64,000 nucleotides of DNA from Candidatus Eiseniibacteriota bacterium. Its GTDB lineage: Bacteria > Eisenbacteria > RBG-16-71-46. The first letter of the stretch is position 1, and each line of letters opens with the position of its first letter. The translations under genes and the position numbers were made by a program. Positions 45,602-56,632 of the stretch are shown here, in pieces. The notes under the pieces are model-generated. The model saw nothing but the letters and a program-made list of their open reading frames with translations, searched no databases and was not told the origin of the DNA. The stretch covers positions 96,001-160,000 of the forward strand of contig JBBRLX010000005.1 in the NCBI GenBank assembly GCA_038231135.1. The letters are read 5' to 3'.

Positions 45602-48309
45602 GACGCCGCCCTGGGCGTGGCGTCCAGCGCGTCGCGCACTCTGCGGAGCAGCAGCGACGCCGTGAATGGTTTCGGCAGGAACGAGTCATCGTCGCCGGCC
45701 GGGCTGCTGGCTCCCGAGGCGTAGCCGGACACGAACATCACCCGCATGGCGGGCCGTGACTGCTGCATCCGCACCGCCAGGTCGCGGCCGTTCATGCGCG
45801 GCATCACGACATCGGTCACCAGCAGATCGATCGGCCGGGGGAATCCGGCCGCCACCCGCAGCGCCTCGTCGCCCGCGACCGCGACCGCCACCGAATATCC
45901 CGCCTGCTCGAGCGTGCGCACGATGAGCGCGCGCACCGCGGGATCGTCCTCCACCACCAGCACGGTCTCGTGGCCGCCCGGCGGGGGGGCTTCGCCTTCC
46001 GGATCGGCCGGGGCCCGCGGTTCGAGCGAGCGCGGAAAATACAGGCCGAACGTGGTGCCGCTGCCGGGGACGCTGTCGACCCACACCTGGCCGCCGCCCT
46101 GCTTCATGATGCCGTACACGGTGGCGAGCCCGAGGCCCGTGCCCTGGCCCATCGGCTTCGTGGTGAAGAACGGTTCGAACATGTGCGACAGCACCTCGGG
46201 CGACATGCCGACGCCGGTGTCGCGGATCTCGAGCACGGTGTAGTCGCCGGGCTTCAGGTCGGGATGCGGCGGGCGGTCGTCGCGGCCGATCGACACGTTT
46301 TCGGTGCGGATCGACAGTCGCCCGCCCTGCGGCATCGCATCGCGCGAGTTGATCGCAAGATTCATCACCACCTGTTCGAGCTGCGCGGGATCGGCCCGGA
46401 TCGGCCACACCGGCTCGTGGCACCGGGTAACCAGCTCGATGTGCTCCCCGAGCACGCGGCGCAACAGCCGCTCCATGGCGCTGGCGAGTTCGTTGAGATC
46501 GATCACGCGCGGTGCGCTGACCTGCCGGCGCGCGACCGCCAGCAGCTGCGACGTCAGGTCGCGCGCGCGCTCGCCGGCCTGACGGATCTCCTCGAGGTCC
46601 GCGAGCAGTTCCGGTTCGCCCGCGAGTCGCGCCTCGACCAGCTGCGTGTAGCCGAGGATCGCGGTGAGCAGGTTGTTGAAGTCGTGGGCGACGCCGCCCG
46701 CCAGCCGCCCGACGCTCTCGAGCTTCTGGGCGTGGCGCAGGTCCTCCTCCAGTCGCCGGCGCTCGGTGATGTCGTGCACCGTCACCATGCGTGCGGCGCG
46801 CCCCTGGAACACCACCGGGCTGCCCGTCACCTCCACCTGGATGATGCTGCCGTCGCGGCGCTGGTGGCGGCCGACGTTCGTCGTCGCGCGGTCACGCTCG
46901 ATGGCGCGGGCGAGCAGTTGCCGGAACAGCGGGATGTCCTCGGGTGGGCGGATGTCCTGCACCGACATCGCGAGGAATTCCTCGCGGGTGTAACCGTAGT
47001 GCCGCACAGCGGTATCGTTCGCGGCGAGGAACCGGGTGGTCTCGACGTCGTATGCGAACATCGGAAACGGATTGGCCTCGAACAGCGCGCGGTACAGCTC
47101 CTCCGAGGCCCGCAGTTCGTCCTCCATGCGCTTGCGGCCGGTCAGGTCCACGATGCCCGCGAGGATCGCCGGTTCGCCGTTCCAGACCGTGAGCTGGAAC
47201 GACGCGGTCATCCAGAACTCCTCGCCCCGCGCATTGCGGCCGAGCACCTCGAAGTTCCGCACGGTGCCCTCTGCGCGCAGCCGGCCGAGGATGGTCTCGC
47301 GATCCGCGGGCTGGGCGTAGAACCCGCTCGTGGTATGGCCCTCCATCTGCTCGCGCGTCACACCGAACAATTCCGCCACCGGCTGATTCGCGTAGAGCAC
47401 GAGCCCGTCCAGGAAGCGCGTGATCAGCATCGCCAGCGGCATGGCGTCGCCGATCGCGCGAAACCGCTCCTTGCCGGCGCGTAACTCGTCCTCGGCCTGC
47501 CGGCGGCCGGTGACGTCCCGGGTCACCGCCAGGATGCCGCGCAGGACGCCGTCCGCGTCGCGTAGCGGGGCCGCCGTGGTCTCGACCCAGCGGTCCGCGC
47601 CGCGGCGGCCGGTCATGCGATAGCCGAGCCGCACCGTCTCGCCGGCGATCACCCGCTGGTAGGCTTCGAGGAACTGCGGGCGATCCTCGCGGACGACGAA
47701 TGTCTCCAGCGGCCCGGCGGCCTCGACGCCGTCGATCTCGAGCATCGCGAGGCCGACCGGATTGATTTCGACGATGCGGCCGTCGGGCGACACCACGGTC
47801 ACGCATTCCGGCTCGGTCTCGAAGATCGTGCGCAGCAGCGTTTCGCGCTCGCCATGCGCGGCCCGGTCGCGGATGCGATCGGTGACGTCGAGCACCAGGC
47901 TCGCCACGGTGCCGTCCGCGAGCGGCGTGATGCGGGCCTGGTAGTAGTGAACGCCGTCGGGCAACGGCAGCGCGTAATCGAGCAGTTCGGTGCGCCCGCT
48001 GGCGCGTGCCCGCGCGAGCGCTCCGTGCAGCTCGTCGGTGATGGGCTCGCCGGCGAACACTTCGTCGACGGTGCGGCCCACCAGCCGGTCCGGCGACACG
48101 AACGGTTCGAGGCCGCCCCCCATCGACACGTCGAGGTAGCGGTCGTCGGGCCCGATCAGGAACATCAGGTGCGGAATCGATTCGACCATGCGATCGACCC
48201 ACGCCTTGCGATGGGCATCGGGCGCGGCGAGGCGCGCTCGCAGCTCGTGATTCTCGCGCGCCAGGCGCTCGATCTGGGCGCCGGTGGCCACGGGGTCGGG
48301 GTTGGACAT
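45598..48309 (-). CDS. Cytoplasmic multi-PAS hybrid histidine kinase/receiver (CckA-like)
   Basis: Four PAS-like units, [35 protein letters not shown], and a receiver with VEDD/TDVVMP/KPF. Confidence 0.92.
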   Translation of the reverse strand: MSNPDPVATGAQIERLARENHELRARLAAPDAHRKAWVDRMVESIPHLMFLIGPDDRYLDVSMGGGLEPFVSPDRLVGRTVDEVFAGEPITDELHGALARARASGRTELLDYALPLPDGVHYYQARITPLADGTVASLVLDVTDRIRDRAAHGERETLLRTIFETEPECVTVVSPDGRIVEINPVGLAMLEIDGVEAAGPLETFVVREDRPQFLEAYQRVIAGETVRLGYRMTGRRGADRWVETTAAPLRDADGVLRGILAVTRDVTGRRQAEDELRAGKERFRAIGDAMPLAMLITRFLDGLVLYANQPVAELFGVTREQMEGHTTSGFYAQPADRETILGRLRAEGTVRNFEVLGRNARGEEFWMTASFQLTVWNGEPAILAGIVDLTGRKRMEDELRASEELYRALFEANPFPMFAYDVETTRFLAANDTAVRHYGYTREEFLAMSVQDIRPPEDIPLFRQLLARAIERDRATTNVGRHQRRDGSIIQVEVTGSPVVFQGRAARMVTVHDITERRRLEEDLRHAQKLESVGRLAGGVAHDFNNLLTAILGYTQLVEARLAGEPELLADLEEIRQAGERARDLTSQLLAVARRQVSAPRVIDLNELASAMERLLRRVLGEHIELVTRCHEPVWPIRADPAQLEQVVMNLAINSRDAMPQGGRLSIRTENVSIGRDDRPPHPDLKPGDYTVLEIRDTGVGMSPEVLSHMFEPFFTTKPMGQGTGLGLATVYGIMKQGGGQVWVDSVPGSGTTFGLYFPRSLEPRAPADPEGEAPPPGGHETVLVVEDDPAVRALIVRTLEQAGYSVAVAVAGDEALRVAAGFPRPIDLLVTDVVMPRMNGRDLAVRMQQSRPAMRVMFVSGYASGASSPAGDDDSFLPKPFTASLLLRRVRDALDATPRAAS

Positions 48310-48559
48310 TGCCCGACAATAGAGAGGCCCGCACGAGCCCGGCAAACCGGGCACGCGCTCGATGCCGGTCGGGCGGGCTCAGGGGCGGCGTTCCCGGGGG
48401 TGAGGTGCCTCCGAAACGAAGGAAATCGCGGATCGGGAATCTCCGCAGAGATCGGCGCCACCGGTTCCGGCCTTGACGTCGTTCGTGCAAACATCAGAGA
48501 CTTCACGAGTTCCGCCCCGCCGCCGCGCCGCAACCGGGAGCCACTCGAGCTCAGGAGAC

Positions 48560-49969
48560 ATGATGACAGCCACCGCAGTCGCCGTTCCGAGCGAACCCCG
48601 GACCGGGACCTGGTTCGGTCACCCGAAGGGGCTGTTCATCCTGTTCTTCACCGAGATGTGGGAACGCTTTTCGTATTACGGCATGCGCTCGCTGCTCGTG
48701 CTCTACATGGTCAATTATCTGTTCATCAAGCCGGACATCGGCCAGCGCGTGCTGGGATTCACCGCGATGCGCGCGTTCATCGAGCACCTGCCGTGGGTGC
48801 ACCAGTCGCTCGGCGTCCAGCCGCTGTCGTCGCAGGTGTACGGGCTCTACACCGGCTTCGTCTACCTCACGCCGTTCTTCGGCGGCCTGCTTGCCGACCG
48901 GATCCTCGGGCAGCGCAAGACGGTCGTGCTCGGCGGCTTGCTGATGGCGTGCGGCCACTTCCTGATGGCGAACGAGCGCCTGTTCATCCCGGCGCTCATG
49001 TTCATCATCGCCGGCAACGGCGCGTTCAAGCCCAACATCTCGACCCAGGTCGGACTGCTCTACCCGACGGGCGATCCGCGCCGCGATGGCGCGTTCACGA
49101 TCTTCTACATGGGGATCAACCTGGGCGCGTTCTTCGCTCCGCTGGTGTGCGGCACGCTCGGCCAGACGGTGGGCTGGCATTACGGATTCGCCGCGGCGGG
49201 CGTGGGCATGCTGCTGGGCCTCGGACTCTACCTGTGGGGGCAGAAGTATCTCGCCCAGGACGCGCTGGTGCAGCGCAAGGCGCAGGCGGTGCAGGTGAAG
49301 GAGCCGATGACCCGCGAGGAGCTGCTGCGCGTCGGCGTGCTGCTCGTGATCTGCGCGCTGAACGTGGTGTTCTGGGGCGTGTACGAGCAGCAGGGCAACA
49401 CCATGCAGCTATGGGCCGATCAGAACACCAACTGGCACTTCTTCGGCTGGAACATGCCGTCGACGTGGTACCAGGCGTTCAATCCTGCGATGATCTTCAT
49501 CTTCGCGCCGCTGCTCACGATATTCTGGGGGAAGCAGGCGGCGAACGGCCGCGAGCCGTCGAGTCTCACCAAGATGGCCTACGGCTGCATCCTGGTCGGG
49601 TTGTCGTTCATCATCATGGTCATCGCCACCCAGGGCATGGCGCCCGATGCGCGGCGCAGCGTGCTGTGGCTCGTCGGCATGACCGTGATCGTCACCGTCG
49701 GCGAGTTGTACCTGTCGCCGGTCGGACTGTCGTTCGTCACCAAGGTCGCGCCGATCCGCATGGTGTCGATGCTGATGGGCGTGTGGTTCCTCGCCAACTT
49801 CCTCGGCAACTACCTGACCGGCTACCTCGGCACGTTCTGGGAGACCATCCCGCACGGCCAGTTCTTCCTGCTGTTGTCGGGGCTCGGCGTGGGCGCGGGT
49901 GTGATCATGCTGGTGCTCAGCAGGCCGCTCGACAAGATCGTATCGAAACATGACCGCGGACTAGCCTAG
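48560..49969 (+). CDS. Proton-dependent oligopeptide transporter (POT/PTR, MFS)
   Basis: AGGAG RBS. EMWERFSYYG, GGLLADRILG, FKPNIS and FYMGINLG motifs. Confidence 0.95.
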   Translation: MMTATAVAVPSEPRTGTWFGHPKGLFILFFTEMWERFSYYGMRSLLVLYMVNYLFIKPDIGQRVLGFTAMRAFIEHLPWVHQSLGVQPLSSQVYGLYTGFVYLTPFFGGLLADRILGQRKTVVLGGLLMACGHFLMANERLFIPALMFIIAGNGAFKPNISTQVGLLYPTGDPRRDGAFTIFYMGINLGAFFAPLVCGTLGQTVGWHYGFAAAGVGMLLGLGLYLWGQKYLAQDALVQRKAQAVQVKEPMTREELLRVGVLLVICALNVVFWGVYEQQGNTMQLWADQNTNWHFFGWNMPSTWYQAFNPAMIFIFAPLLTIFWGKQAANGREPSSLTKMAYGCILVGLSFIIMVIATQGMAPDARRSVLWLVGMTVIVTVGELYLSPVGLSFVTKVAPIRMVSMLMGVWFLANFLGNYLTGYLGTFWETIPHGQFFLLLSGLGVGAGVIMLVLSRPLDKIVSKHDRGLA

Positions 49970-49998
49970 CAGCCACCTGCGATCACCCCGACGGGAAG

Positions 49999-52281
49999 TC
50001 ACGTCCCGTTGGCCGCGGGTGGTTCGAACGCTGCCGGAGCGGGCCGCGGGTCGGGGATCGTGAAATGGAACGTGGCGCCGTCTCCGGGCGATTCGGCCCA
50101 GATGCGGCCCCCGTAGCCTTCCACGATCCGGCGGCAGATCGCGAGACCGACTCCGGTTCCGGGGTAGCTGCTCGTCCCATGAAGCCGTTTGAAGATGGTG
50201 AAGATCAGTTCGAGGTCGTGCGGCCTCATGCCGATGCCGTGGTCACGAACCCGGAACCGCCAGCCGTCCTCCGCCCGCTCGGCGCCGACCTCCACCAGCG
50301 GCGGCTGGGGGCCGTGGAACTTGATCGCGTTCGAGATCAGATTCTGGAACACCTGCGTGAGCTGACCCGCGTCGCAGGTGACGACCGGGAGCGGTTCCCG
50401 TTCGATGCGGGCCCCCGTGGTCTCGATCGAGAACTCCAGATTCCGGATCGCCTGCTCGAGCGCCTCGTCCGCCGACACGGGTTCGAGCACGAGCTGCGGC
50501 TTGCCGATGCGCGAGTACTGGAGCAGGCCCGCGGTCATCGCCAGCATCCAGGTCGCACGCTCATGGATGTGGTCCACGAAGTCCCGAGCGTCCTGGCTCA
50601 TGCGCTCGCGGTGCTCGTCCTGCCGCAGCAACCCGACGAAGCTCAGCACCGTATTCAACGGTGACTGCAGGTCATGGGACGCCAGCAGCGCGAACCGCTC
50701 GAGATCGGCGTTCGAGCGCGCCAGCTCGTCGGTTTGCAGCGCGAGCTTGCGCTCGATCAGCGCGCGCTCGGCGATCTCGTGTTTCAGCTCGTAATTCGCG
50801 TGCCACAGCTCGGTGGTGCGGTCGGCCACCGCGCGCCGCAGCTCCTGGTCCAGCCGCTGCCGGTCGGTGAGGTCGCGCGTCACCGTCGTGAATCCGATCA
50901 GCGCGCCGTCGGCGCCGTGCACGGCCGCGAGCACCACGTTCGCCCAGAACCGCGTGCCATCGCGTCGCACCAGCCAGCCCTCGTACTCGATGGGCGCGCG
51001 CCGCGCGGCCTCGAGGTGTTCGCCCGGTTTGCCGACCGCGATCTCCTCGGGGGTATAGAAACATGACACGTGACGCCCGAGGATGTCGGCGGCCGAGTAG
51101 CCGGTGATGCGTTCGCCGCCCGCGTTCCAGCTCGTGATGAGGCCGCCGGGATCGAGCATGCTGATGGCGTACTCGCGCACGCCGTCGACCAGGTTGCGGA
51201 ACCGCTCCTCGCTGACGCGCAGGTTCGACTCCGACTCGCGCAACTCGTCGAGCATACGCCCGAGCCGCCGGTTCACGCCCGTCAGCTCCCCGGTGCGGAC
51301 CTGCACGCGGTCCTCGAGCTCGAGCGTCGCGCCCGCCAGCGCGCGCGCTGCGCGGTCGCGCTCGGCGAGTGCCGCGCCCAGCAGCAGGTCGGTGAGCGCG
51401 ATCACGGCGATGAACGCCTGCAGGTGGATCGTGGTCCCCGCAAACCCCGCCGCCCCCGCCGGGGCCGCCAGTGCGCGCCAGCCCAGCGAGGCGAGGAACG
51501 CCGCGTTCACCATCACGACACCGGGCACCGAGAACCGCAGCGCGGCCCACACCACGAGCGGGAACACCGCGTATGGCCGCAGCCGTCCGATGGTCTCGAT
51601 GCCCGTCCAGCTCGCGCCCAGCGACTGCACCACGACCAGCATCATCGCGGCCAGCAGCGCCAGCTCGATCCAGCGCGCGCGCGTGACCCGTCGCGCGGCG
51701 GCTGCGTCCCACACCAGCCCGAGCGGCGCTATGATCAGGATGCCGAGCGCGTCGCCGAGCCACCACGCCGCGGCCGCGGCGGCAGCGGCAGTCCCCGGGA
51801 AGGGCCGCCCCGCGCCGAGCGCGAACATGCCGGTGAACACCGTCACCAGCGGCACGATCAGCGCCGCGACCGCGAGGGCCAGCACGTCGTCGATGGCCGC
51901 GAATCCGTCACGACTGCCGCGCAGCCGCCGGTAGAGCAGCACGCCCGCGGTCGCCGCGAGGGTCTGGGACACGGCCAGCGCGATCGCGGTGGCGGGGCCC
52001 AGGGACCAGGCCCCGGCCAGCACGCCCACGCCCACCGCGGGAGCGAGGCGGAGGCCGCCGCGCGCGAGGCCCAGGAACGCGATGCCCATCGACAGCCCGA
52101 CGATGCCGGCGCGTGCTACGCCGGGATCCGCGTGAGGCGCGATGACCACCGCGGCCGCGCAGGCGGCGGCGAGGGTGGCGCCGAGCGCAATGTGGCGGGT
52201 GATCGCGCGGGTGCGGGGAGCGTTGGCCAGCGGACCGGCGCCCGCAGCGGAGATCGCGTGCTCCACCGGGGGCGCCGTCAT
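49999..52281 (-). CDS. MASE1-PAS sensor histidine kinase
   Basis: MASE1 motifs WWLGDALG and WAALRF. PAS motif WNAGGERITGY. Kinase motifs ASHDLQSPL, QNLISNAIKF, GTGVGL. ATGA-coupled to the upstream gene. Confidence 0.9.
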   Translation of the reverse strand: MTAPPVEHAISAAGAGPLANAPRTRAITRHIALGATLAAACAAAVVIAPHADPGVARAGIVGLSMGIAFLGLARGGLRLAPAVGVGVLAGAWSLGPATAIALAVSQTLAATAGVLLYRRLRGSRDGFAAIDDVLALAVAALIVPLVTVFTGMFALGAGRPFPGTAAAAAAAAWWLGDALGILIIAPLGLVWDAAAARRVTRARWIELALLAAMMLVVVQSLGASWTGIETIGRLRPYAVFPLVVWAALRFSVPGVVMVNAAFLASLGWRALAAPAGAAGFAGTTIHLQAFIAVIALTDLLLGAALAERDRAARALAGATLELEDRVQVRTGELTGVNRRLGRMLDELRESESNLRVSEERFRNLVDGVREYAISMLDPGGLITSWNAGGERITGYSAADILGRHVSCFYTPEEIAVGKPGEHLEAARRAPIEYEGWLVRRDGTRFWANVVLAAVHGADGALIGFTTVTRDLTDRQRLDQELRRAVADRTTELWHANYELKHEIAERALIERKLALQTDELARSNADLERFALLASHDLQSPLNTVLSFVGLLRQDEHRERMSQDARDFVDHIHERATWMLAMTAGLLQYSRIGKPQLVLEPVSADEALEQAIRNLEFSIETTGARIEREPLPVVTCDAGQLTQVFQNLISNAIKFHGPQPPLVEVGAERAEDGWRFRVRDHGIGMRPHDLELIFTIFKRLHGTSSYPGTGVGLAICRRIVEGYGGRIWAESPGDGATFHFTIPDPRPAPAAFEPPAANGT

Positions 52282-53978
52282 CCGTGAGCGGGCCCGCCGT
52301 TCGTGGCGTGGAACGCCTCGGCCATCGTCTCGGCGGCCGCCGGCTGGCCGAACAGGAATCCCTGCAGCTCGTCGCAATCCTGCGCGGCGAGCCAGGTCCG
52401 CTGCTGATCCTCCTCGACGCCCTCGGCCGTCACCCGCATGTTCATGCCGTGCCCCATCATGACGATCGCGGACACGATCGCGTCGTCGATCGGGTTGGTC
52501 GTGATGCCGCGCACGAACGAGCGGTCGATCTTGAGTCCGTCGATGGGGAAGTGCCGCAGCCGGCCCAGCGACGAATACCCGGTGCCGAAATCGTCGATGG
52601 CGATGCCGATGCCCATGTCCCGCAGCGATCGCAGCGTGGCCCCGGTGTCGATCTCGTTGCGCATCAACCCGCCTTCGGTCAGCTCCAGCTCGAGCCAGCG
52701 AGGTTCGAAGCCGGTCTCGGCGAGCACGTGCTGAATCGTGGAACAGACGCGGCGGTCCTCGAACTCCCGGCTCGACAGGTTGACCGACAGCCGCAGCGGC
52801 GTGCCCGGGCGGTCCTCGTTCCAGTCGCGGACCGTCTCGCAGGCGCGGTGCAGCACCCATTCGCCCAGCCGGCGCATCATTCCCATCTCCTCGGCGAGCG
52901 GAATGAATTGGGACGGATACAGGAGCCCGAGCTGCGGATGCTCCCAGCGCACCAGCGCCTCCACGCCGCACGTCGCCCAGCTGTGGGCATCCACGCGCGC
53001 CTGGTAGTGCACCACGAGCTCGTCGTTCTCGACCGCCCGCCTGAGGCCCTGCATGATGTGCAGCCGTTCCGGCATCGGCTGCCGCATCGAGCCCGAGCAG
53101 AACACCGCGACGCTGCCTTCCTGCTTGGCCTGGTACATCGCGGAATCCGCGCTGCGCAGCAGGCCGTCGGCGTCCTCCCCGTCCCAGGGATAGACGCTGA
53201 TGCCCATGCTCGCCGACATCGCCACGTCGCGGCCGCCGATCTGCATCGGCGTGGCCAGCGCGTGCAGCACCTTGTTCGCGAACCGCTGGACGTCGCCGAA
53301 GCTCGAGACCTCGGGCAGCAGCACCGTGAATTCGTCGCCGCCGATGCGCGCGACGGTGTCGCTCTCGCGTACGCACGACGTCAGGCGCTTCGCGACCTCG
53401 AGCAGCATACGGTCGCCCTCCGCGTGACCATACGTGTCGTTCACCGGCTTGAACCCGTCGAGGTCGAGGAACAACACCGCGAGCAGCTTGTTCGCGCGCT
53501 GCGTCAGCGCGAGCGAATGCTCGAGCCGGTCCATGAGCAGGCGCCGGTTCGGCAGGTTCGTGAGGCCGTCGTGGTCGGCCAGGTGCTGGATCTGCTGCTC
53601 GGTGCGCTTGCGCTCGACGGCGTAGCGCAGCGCGCGCGTGAGCAGCGCGCCGTCGCCCTCGCCCTTCATCAGGTAGTCCTGGGCGCCGTTCTGCACGGCC
53701 TGCAGCGCCACGGTATCGTCGTGGTGGCCCGACAGCACGACGATCGGAACGTCGGGAACCGCCCGCTGCACGGGGGACAGGGCGTCGAGCCCGGTGACGC
53801 CGGGCAATCCGAGATCGAGCAGCACGACGTCGAACGGCTGGTCGCGCAGCAGGGTGAGGGCGTCCTCGAGTTGGCTTGCATGGACGAGTTCGACCGCAGG
53901 ACGGTGAGCGGTGGCGCGGAGCATCTCGCGCACCAGGCGGGCATCCGCCGCGCTGTCTTCGACGAGCAGAACCTTCAA
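52278..53978 (-). CDS. REC-GGDEF-EAL diguanylate cyclase/phosphodiesterase
   Basis: REC motifs VED and LLDLGLP. RESD I-site and intact GGDEF. EAL and DDFGTGYSS motifs. TTG start. Confidence 0.94.
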   Translation of the reverse strand: MKVLLVEDSAADARLVREMLRATAHRPAVELVHASQLEDALTLLRDQPFDVVLLDLGLPGVTGLDALSPVQRAVPDVPIVVLSGHHDDTVALQAVQNGAQDYLMKGEGDGALLTRALRYAVERKRTEQQIQHLADHDGLTNLPNRRLLMDRLEHSLALTQRANKLLAVLFLDLDGFKPVNDTYGHAEGDRMLLEVAKRLTSCVRESDTVARIGGDEFTVLLPEVSSFGDVQRFANKVLHALATPMQIGGRDVAMSASMGISVYPWDGEDADGLLRSADSAMYQAKQEGSVAVFCSGSMRQPMPERLHIMQGLRRAVENDELVVHYQARVDAHSWATCGVEALVRWEHPQLGLLYPSQFIPLAEEMGMMRRLGEWVLHRACETVRDWNEDRPGTPLRLSVNLSSREFEDRRVCSTIQHVLAETGFEPRWLELELTEGGLMRNEIDTGATLRSLRDMGIGIAIDDFGTGYSSLGRLRHFPIDGLKIDRSFVRGITTNPIDDAIVSAIVMMGHGMNMRVTAEGVEEDQQRTWLAAQDCDELQGFLFGQPAAAETMAEAFHATNGGPAHG

Positions 53979-54187
53979 TGGTTCTCCGGCCCTTTAGGGT
54001 TGGGACGCGGCCGCGTCGAAGTTCCCCGGGGTCTGCGTTCGCGCGCGGACCGTGACCTAGAATTCCGTGACGGGACCCATGTTGTCAAGCTCCGATGTGG
54101 GATCGGTCACGCCCGCCGGGCAGTTCGCAATGCTCGACCGCGCCCCCGACGTTCGAGGACGCGCCTGCGGCCAGCGGTCGAGCGGGT

Positions 54188-56476
54188 TCAGGACCGCGCG
54201 GTCCCCGCGAGCCACTTCTCGCGTCCCACGAGCAGCAGCAGTCCGGTCAGGATCGCAAATGGTATCAACGACAGCAGATCCGCGTAAGGCCCGGCGAAGA
54301 ACGGGTTGAAATGGTTCGCCCAGCCGGTGAGCGATGCGTCGGTGGTCTCGAACACGCCGGCCATGAAGGCGATGATGATGCCCGCGATCGCGCCGCCCGC
54401 GATGTAGCCGGACGCCATCAGCACACCCGGGCTGCGATCGGCCTCGCTGGCGAGCTGCTCGTCGGTGAGCTTGTGATGGGCCAGCTCGCGATTGCGGGCG
54501 CGGTCCACGACCAGGCGCACGAGTCCGCCGATCCAGATCGGTGTCGAGGACGACAGCGGCAGGTAGAGCCCCACGGCGAACGCCAGCGACGGAATGCCCG
54601 CCATCTCGAGCACCAGCGAGATCATCACGCCGAACAGCACGAGCCCCCACGGCAGCCGGTGGTCGAGGATGCCGCGAATGATGTAGGCCATCAGCGTCGC
54701 CTTCGGCGCGTCGAACTTGCGCACCGGGGTGCCGTCGGGGCGCTGCGTCACGGTGCCGTTGATGCCCGGATCGACCAGGTAGACGGCCCGGCCGGAGTCG
54801 TCGACCAGGTACTTGGTGGTGGTGCCGGCCGCGTCGTCGGCCTGCTGCCACACGCGATAGGTCCTGGGGTCGGTGCGGCCCTGGGGGCCTTTGAGGCCTT
54901 CCCGCGCCGGCGGCAGCGCCGCAACGTCGGTCGTGATGTGGGTGGTCACGGGGACGTAGACCGTCGCCGCGTCGTTCAGCTTGAGCAGGATCGGGCCCAG
55001 CGCGAGCGCCGAGATCGTGGCGCCGATCAGGATCGACACCTGCTGCCAGCGCGGCGTCGCGCCCAGCAGGAATCCGGTCTTGAGATCCTGCGACGTGGTG
55101 CCGCCGTTGGACGCCGCGATGCACACGATGCCGCCCACCGACAGCGCGGTGACGAACCAGCTGTGGCCCGTCCAGCCCACCACGAGGAAGATCAGGCAGG
55201 TCAGCAGCAGCGTGGCCACGGTCATGCCCGAGATCGGGTTCGACGACGAGCCGATCTCGCCGGTGAGCCGCGACGACACCGTGACGAACAGGAAGCCGAA
55301 CAGCACGATCAGGATCGCGCCGAGCAGGTTCATGTGCAGCGGCTTCGCCAGCACGATCGCCGCGAGCAGCAGCGCGATGCCGATGAACACCACTTTCATC
55401 GACAGGTCGTGCTCGGTGCGATGCGGGTCGGCGGCGCCGCGGGCGGCGCCCACGTCGCGCAGGCCCTGCTGCAGGCTGCTCCAGATCACCGGCAGCGAGC
55501 GCAGCAGGCTGATGATGCCGCCGGCGGCGACCGCGCCGGCGCCGATGTAGAGCACGTAGGCGCCACGGATCTGGCCCGGCGTCATGGCCGAGATCGGGAT
55601 ATTACCGGGCGCCAGCGGCCCCGGCATGCCGGAGCCGAAGAACTTGATCAGCGGGATCATCACCAGGTAGGCGAGCACGCCGCCCGCGCACATGATCGAC
55701 GCGATCCGGGGCCCGATGATGTAGCCCACGCCGAGCAGTTCGGGCGAGATCTCGCACGACAGCGAACCTGCGGCGAACGGCCTGGCGAAGATCTTCTCGG
55801 GCGTGTCCTTCCAGCCCTTGAGCGCCACCATCGCGCTCTTGTAGAGCAGGCCGATGCCAAACCCCGTGAAGATCGTGCGGGCGCTGAGCTGGCGGCCGAG
55901 ACCCTGCGCCTCCTCGGCCTTCGCCTCCGGGGACGCCGCCGCGCGCGATTCCTCGGAGGCGCCGGCCTTGAGCACCTCGGCGCACGCGGTGCCCTCGGGA
56001 TACTTGAGCTTGCCGTGCTGCTGGACGATCAGCGCGCGCCGCAGCGGGATCATCATCAGGATGCCGAGCAGCCCGCCCAGCACCGCGACCAGCATCACCC
56101 GCGTGATTTCGAGGTTGAACCCGAGGATCATGATCGCCGGCATCGTGACGCCGAGGCCGAACGCGATCGATTCCCCGGCGGAGCCGGCGGTTTGCACGAT
56201 GTTGTTCTCGAGGATCGTCGCGTCCTTGACGCCGAACCGCGACATCAGCCGGAACAGCGTGATCGAGATCACCGCCACCGGGATCGACGCCGACACGGTG
56301 AGCCCAACTTTGAGCACCAGATACAGGGAGGACGCGCCGAAAATCATGCCGAGGAAGGTGCCGAGCAGCACCGCTCGCACCGTGAACTCGGGGAGCTGGG
56401 TGGTGGCGGCGATGTAGGGCGCGAACGGTGCGGCGGGTGGATCGTCGACCGGTTCCAGGCGCGGCGCGGGGCTCAT
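54188..56476 (-). CDS. OPT family oligopeptide transporter
   Basis: [44 protein letters not shown] and APKATLM motifs. Soluble loop of about 80 aa at 54700-54960. Confidence 0.94.
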   Translation of the reverse strand: MSPAPRLEPVDDPPAAPFAPYIAATTQLPEFTVRAVLLGTFLGMIFGASSLYLVLKVGLTVSASIPVAVISITLFRLMSRFGVKDATILENNIVQTAGSAGESIAFGLGVTMPAIMILGFNLEITRVMLVAVLGGLLGILMMIPLRRALIVQQHGKLKYPEGTACAEVLKAGASEESRAAASPEAKAEEAQGLGRQLSARTIFTGFGIGLLYKSAMVALKGWKDTPEKIFARPFAAGSLSCEISPELLGVGYIIGPRIASIMCAGGVLAYLVMIPLIKFFGSGMPGPLAPGNIPISAMTPGQIRGAYVLYIGAGAVAAGGIISLLRSLPVIWSSLQQGLRDVGAARGAADPHRTEHDLSMKVVFIGIALLLAAIVLAKPLHMNLLGAILIVLFGFLFVTVSSRLTGEIGSSSNPISGMTVATLLLTCLIFLVVGWTGHSWFVTALSVGGIVCIAASNGGTTSQDLKTGFLLGATPRWQQVSILIGATISALALGPILLKLNDAATVYVPVTTHITTDVAALPPAREGLKGPQGRTDPRTYRVWQQADDAAGTTTKYLVDDSGRAVYLVDPGINGTVTQRPDGTPVRKFDAPKATLMAYIIRGILDHRLPWGLVLFGVMISLVLEMAGIPSLAFAVGLYLPLSSSTPIWIGGLVRLVVDRARNRELAHHKLTDEQLASEADRSPGVLMASGYIAGGAIAGIIIAFMAGVFETTDASLTGWANHFNPFFAGPYADLLSLIPFAILTGLLLLVGREKWLAGTARS

Positions 56477-56632
56477 GGACAGTTCCTCGGGTCCCAGGAC
56501 GGGCTCCACATCGAGCGCGAACCAGCGACATTAGAAGGGCGGGTCCCGGGTTTGCAAGCCTCCGGTTCCGGGCGCTACGCTCCGGCGAAACTCAGGCAGT
56601 TCCATTCCGGCCCATCACAAAGGCAATCCCCC

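Noticed and set aside
49999..53376. 1125-aa ORF joining the EAL region to the MASE1 kinase
   Set aside because: The N-terminal part is an off-frame shadow of the REC-GGDEF-EAL gene. The kinase starts at 52281.
54095..56632. Giant N-terminal extension of PEPCK
   Set aside because: It is an antisense shadow of the OPT gene. PEPCK homology begins at ATG 56633.
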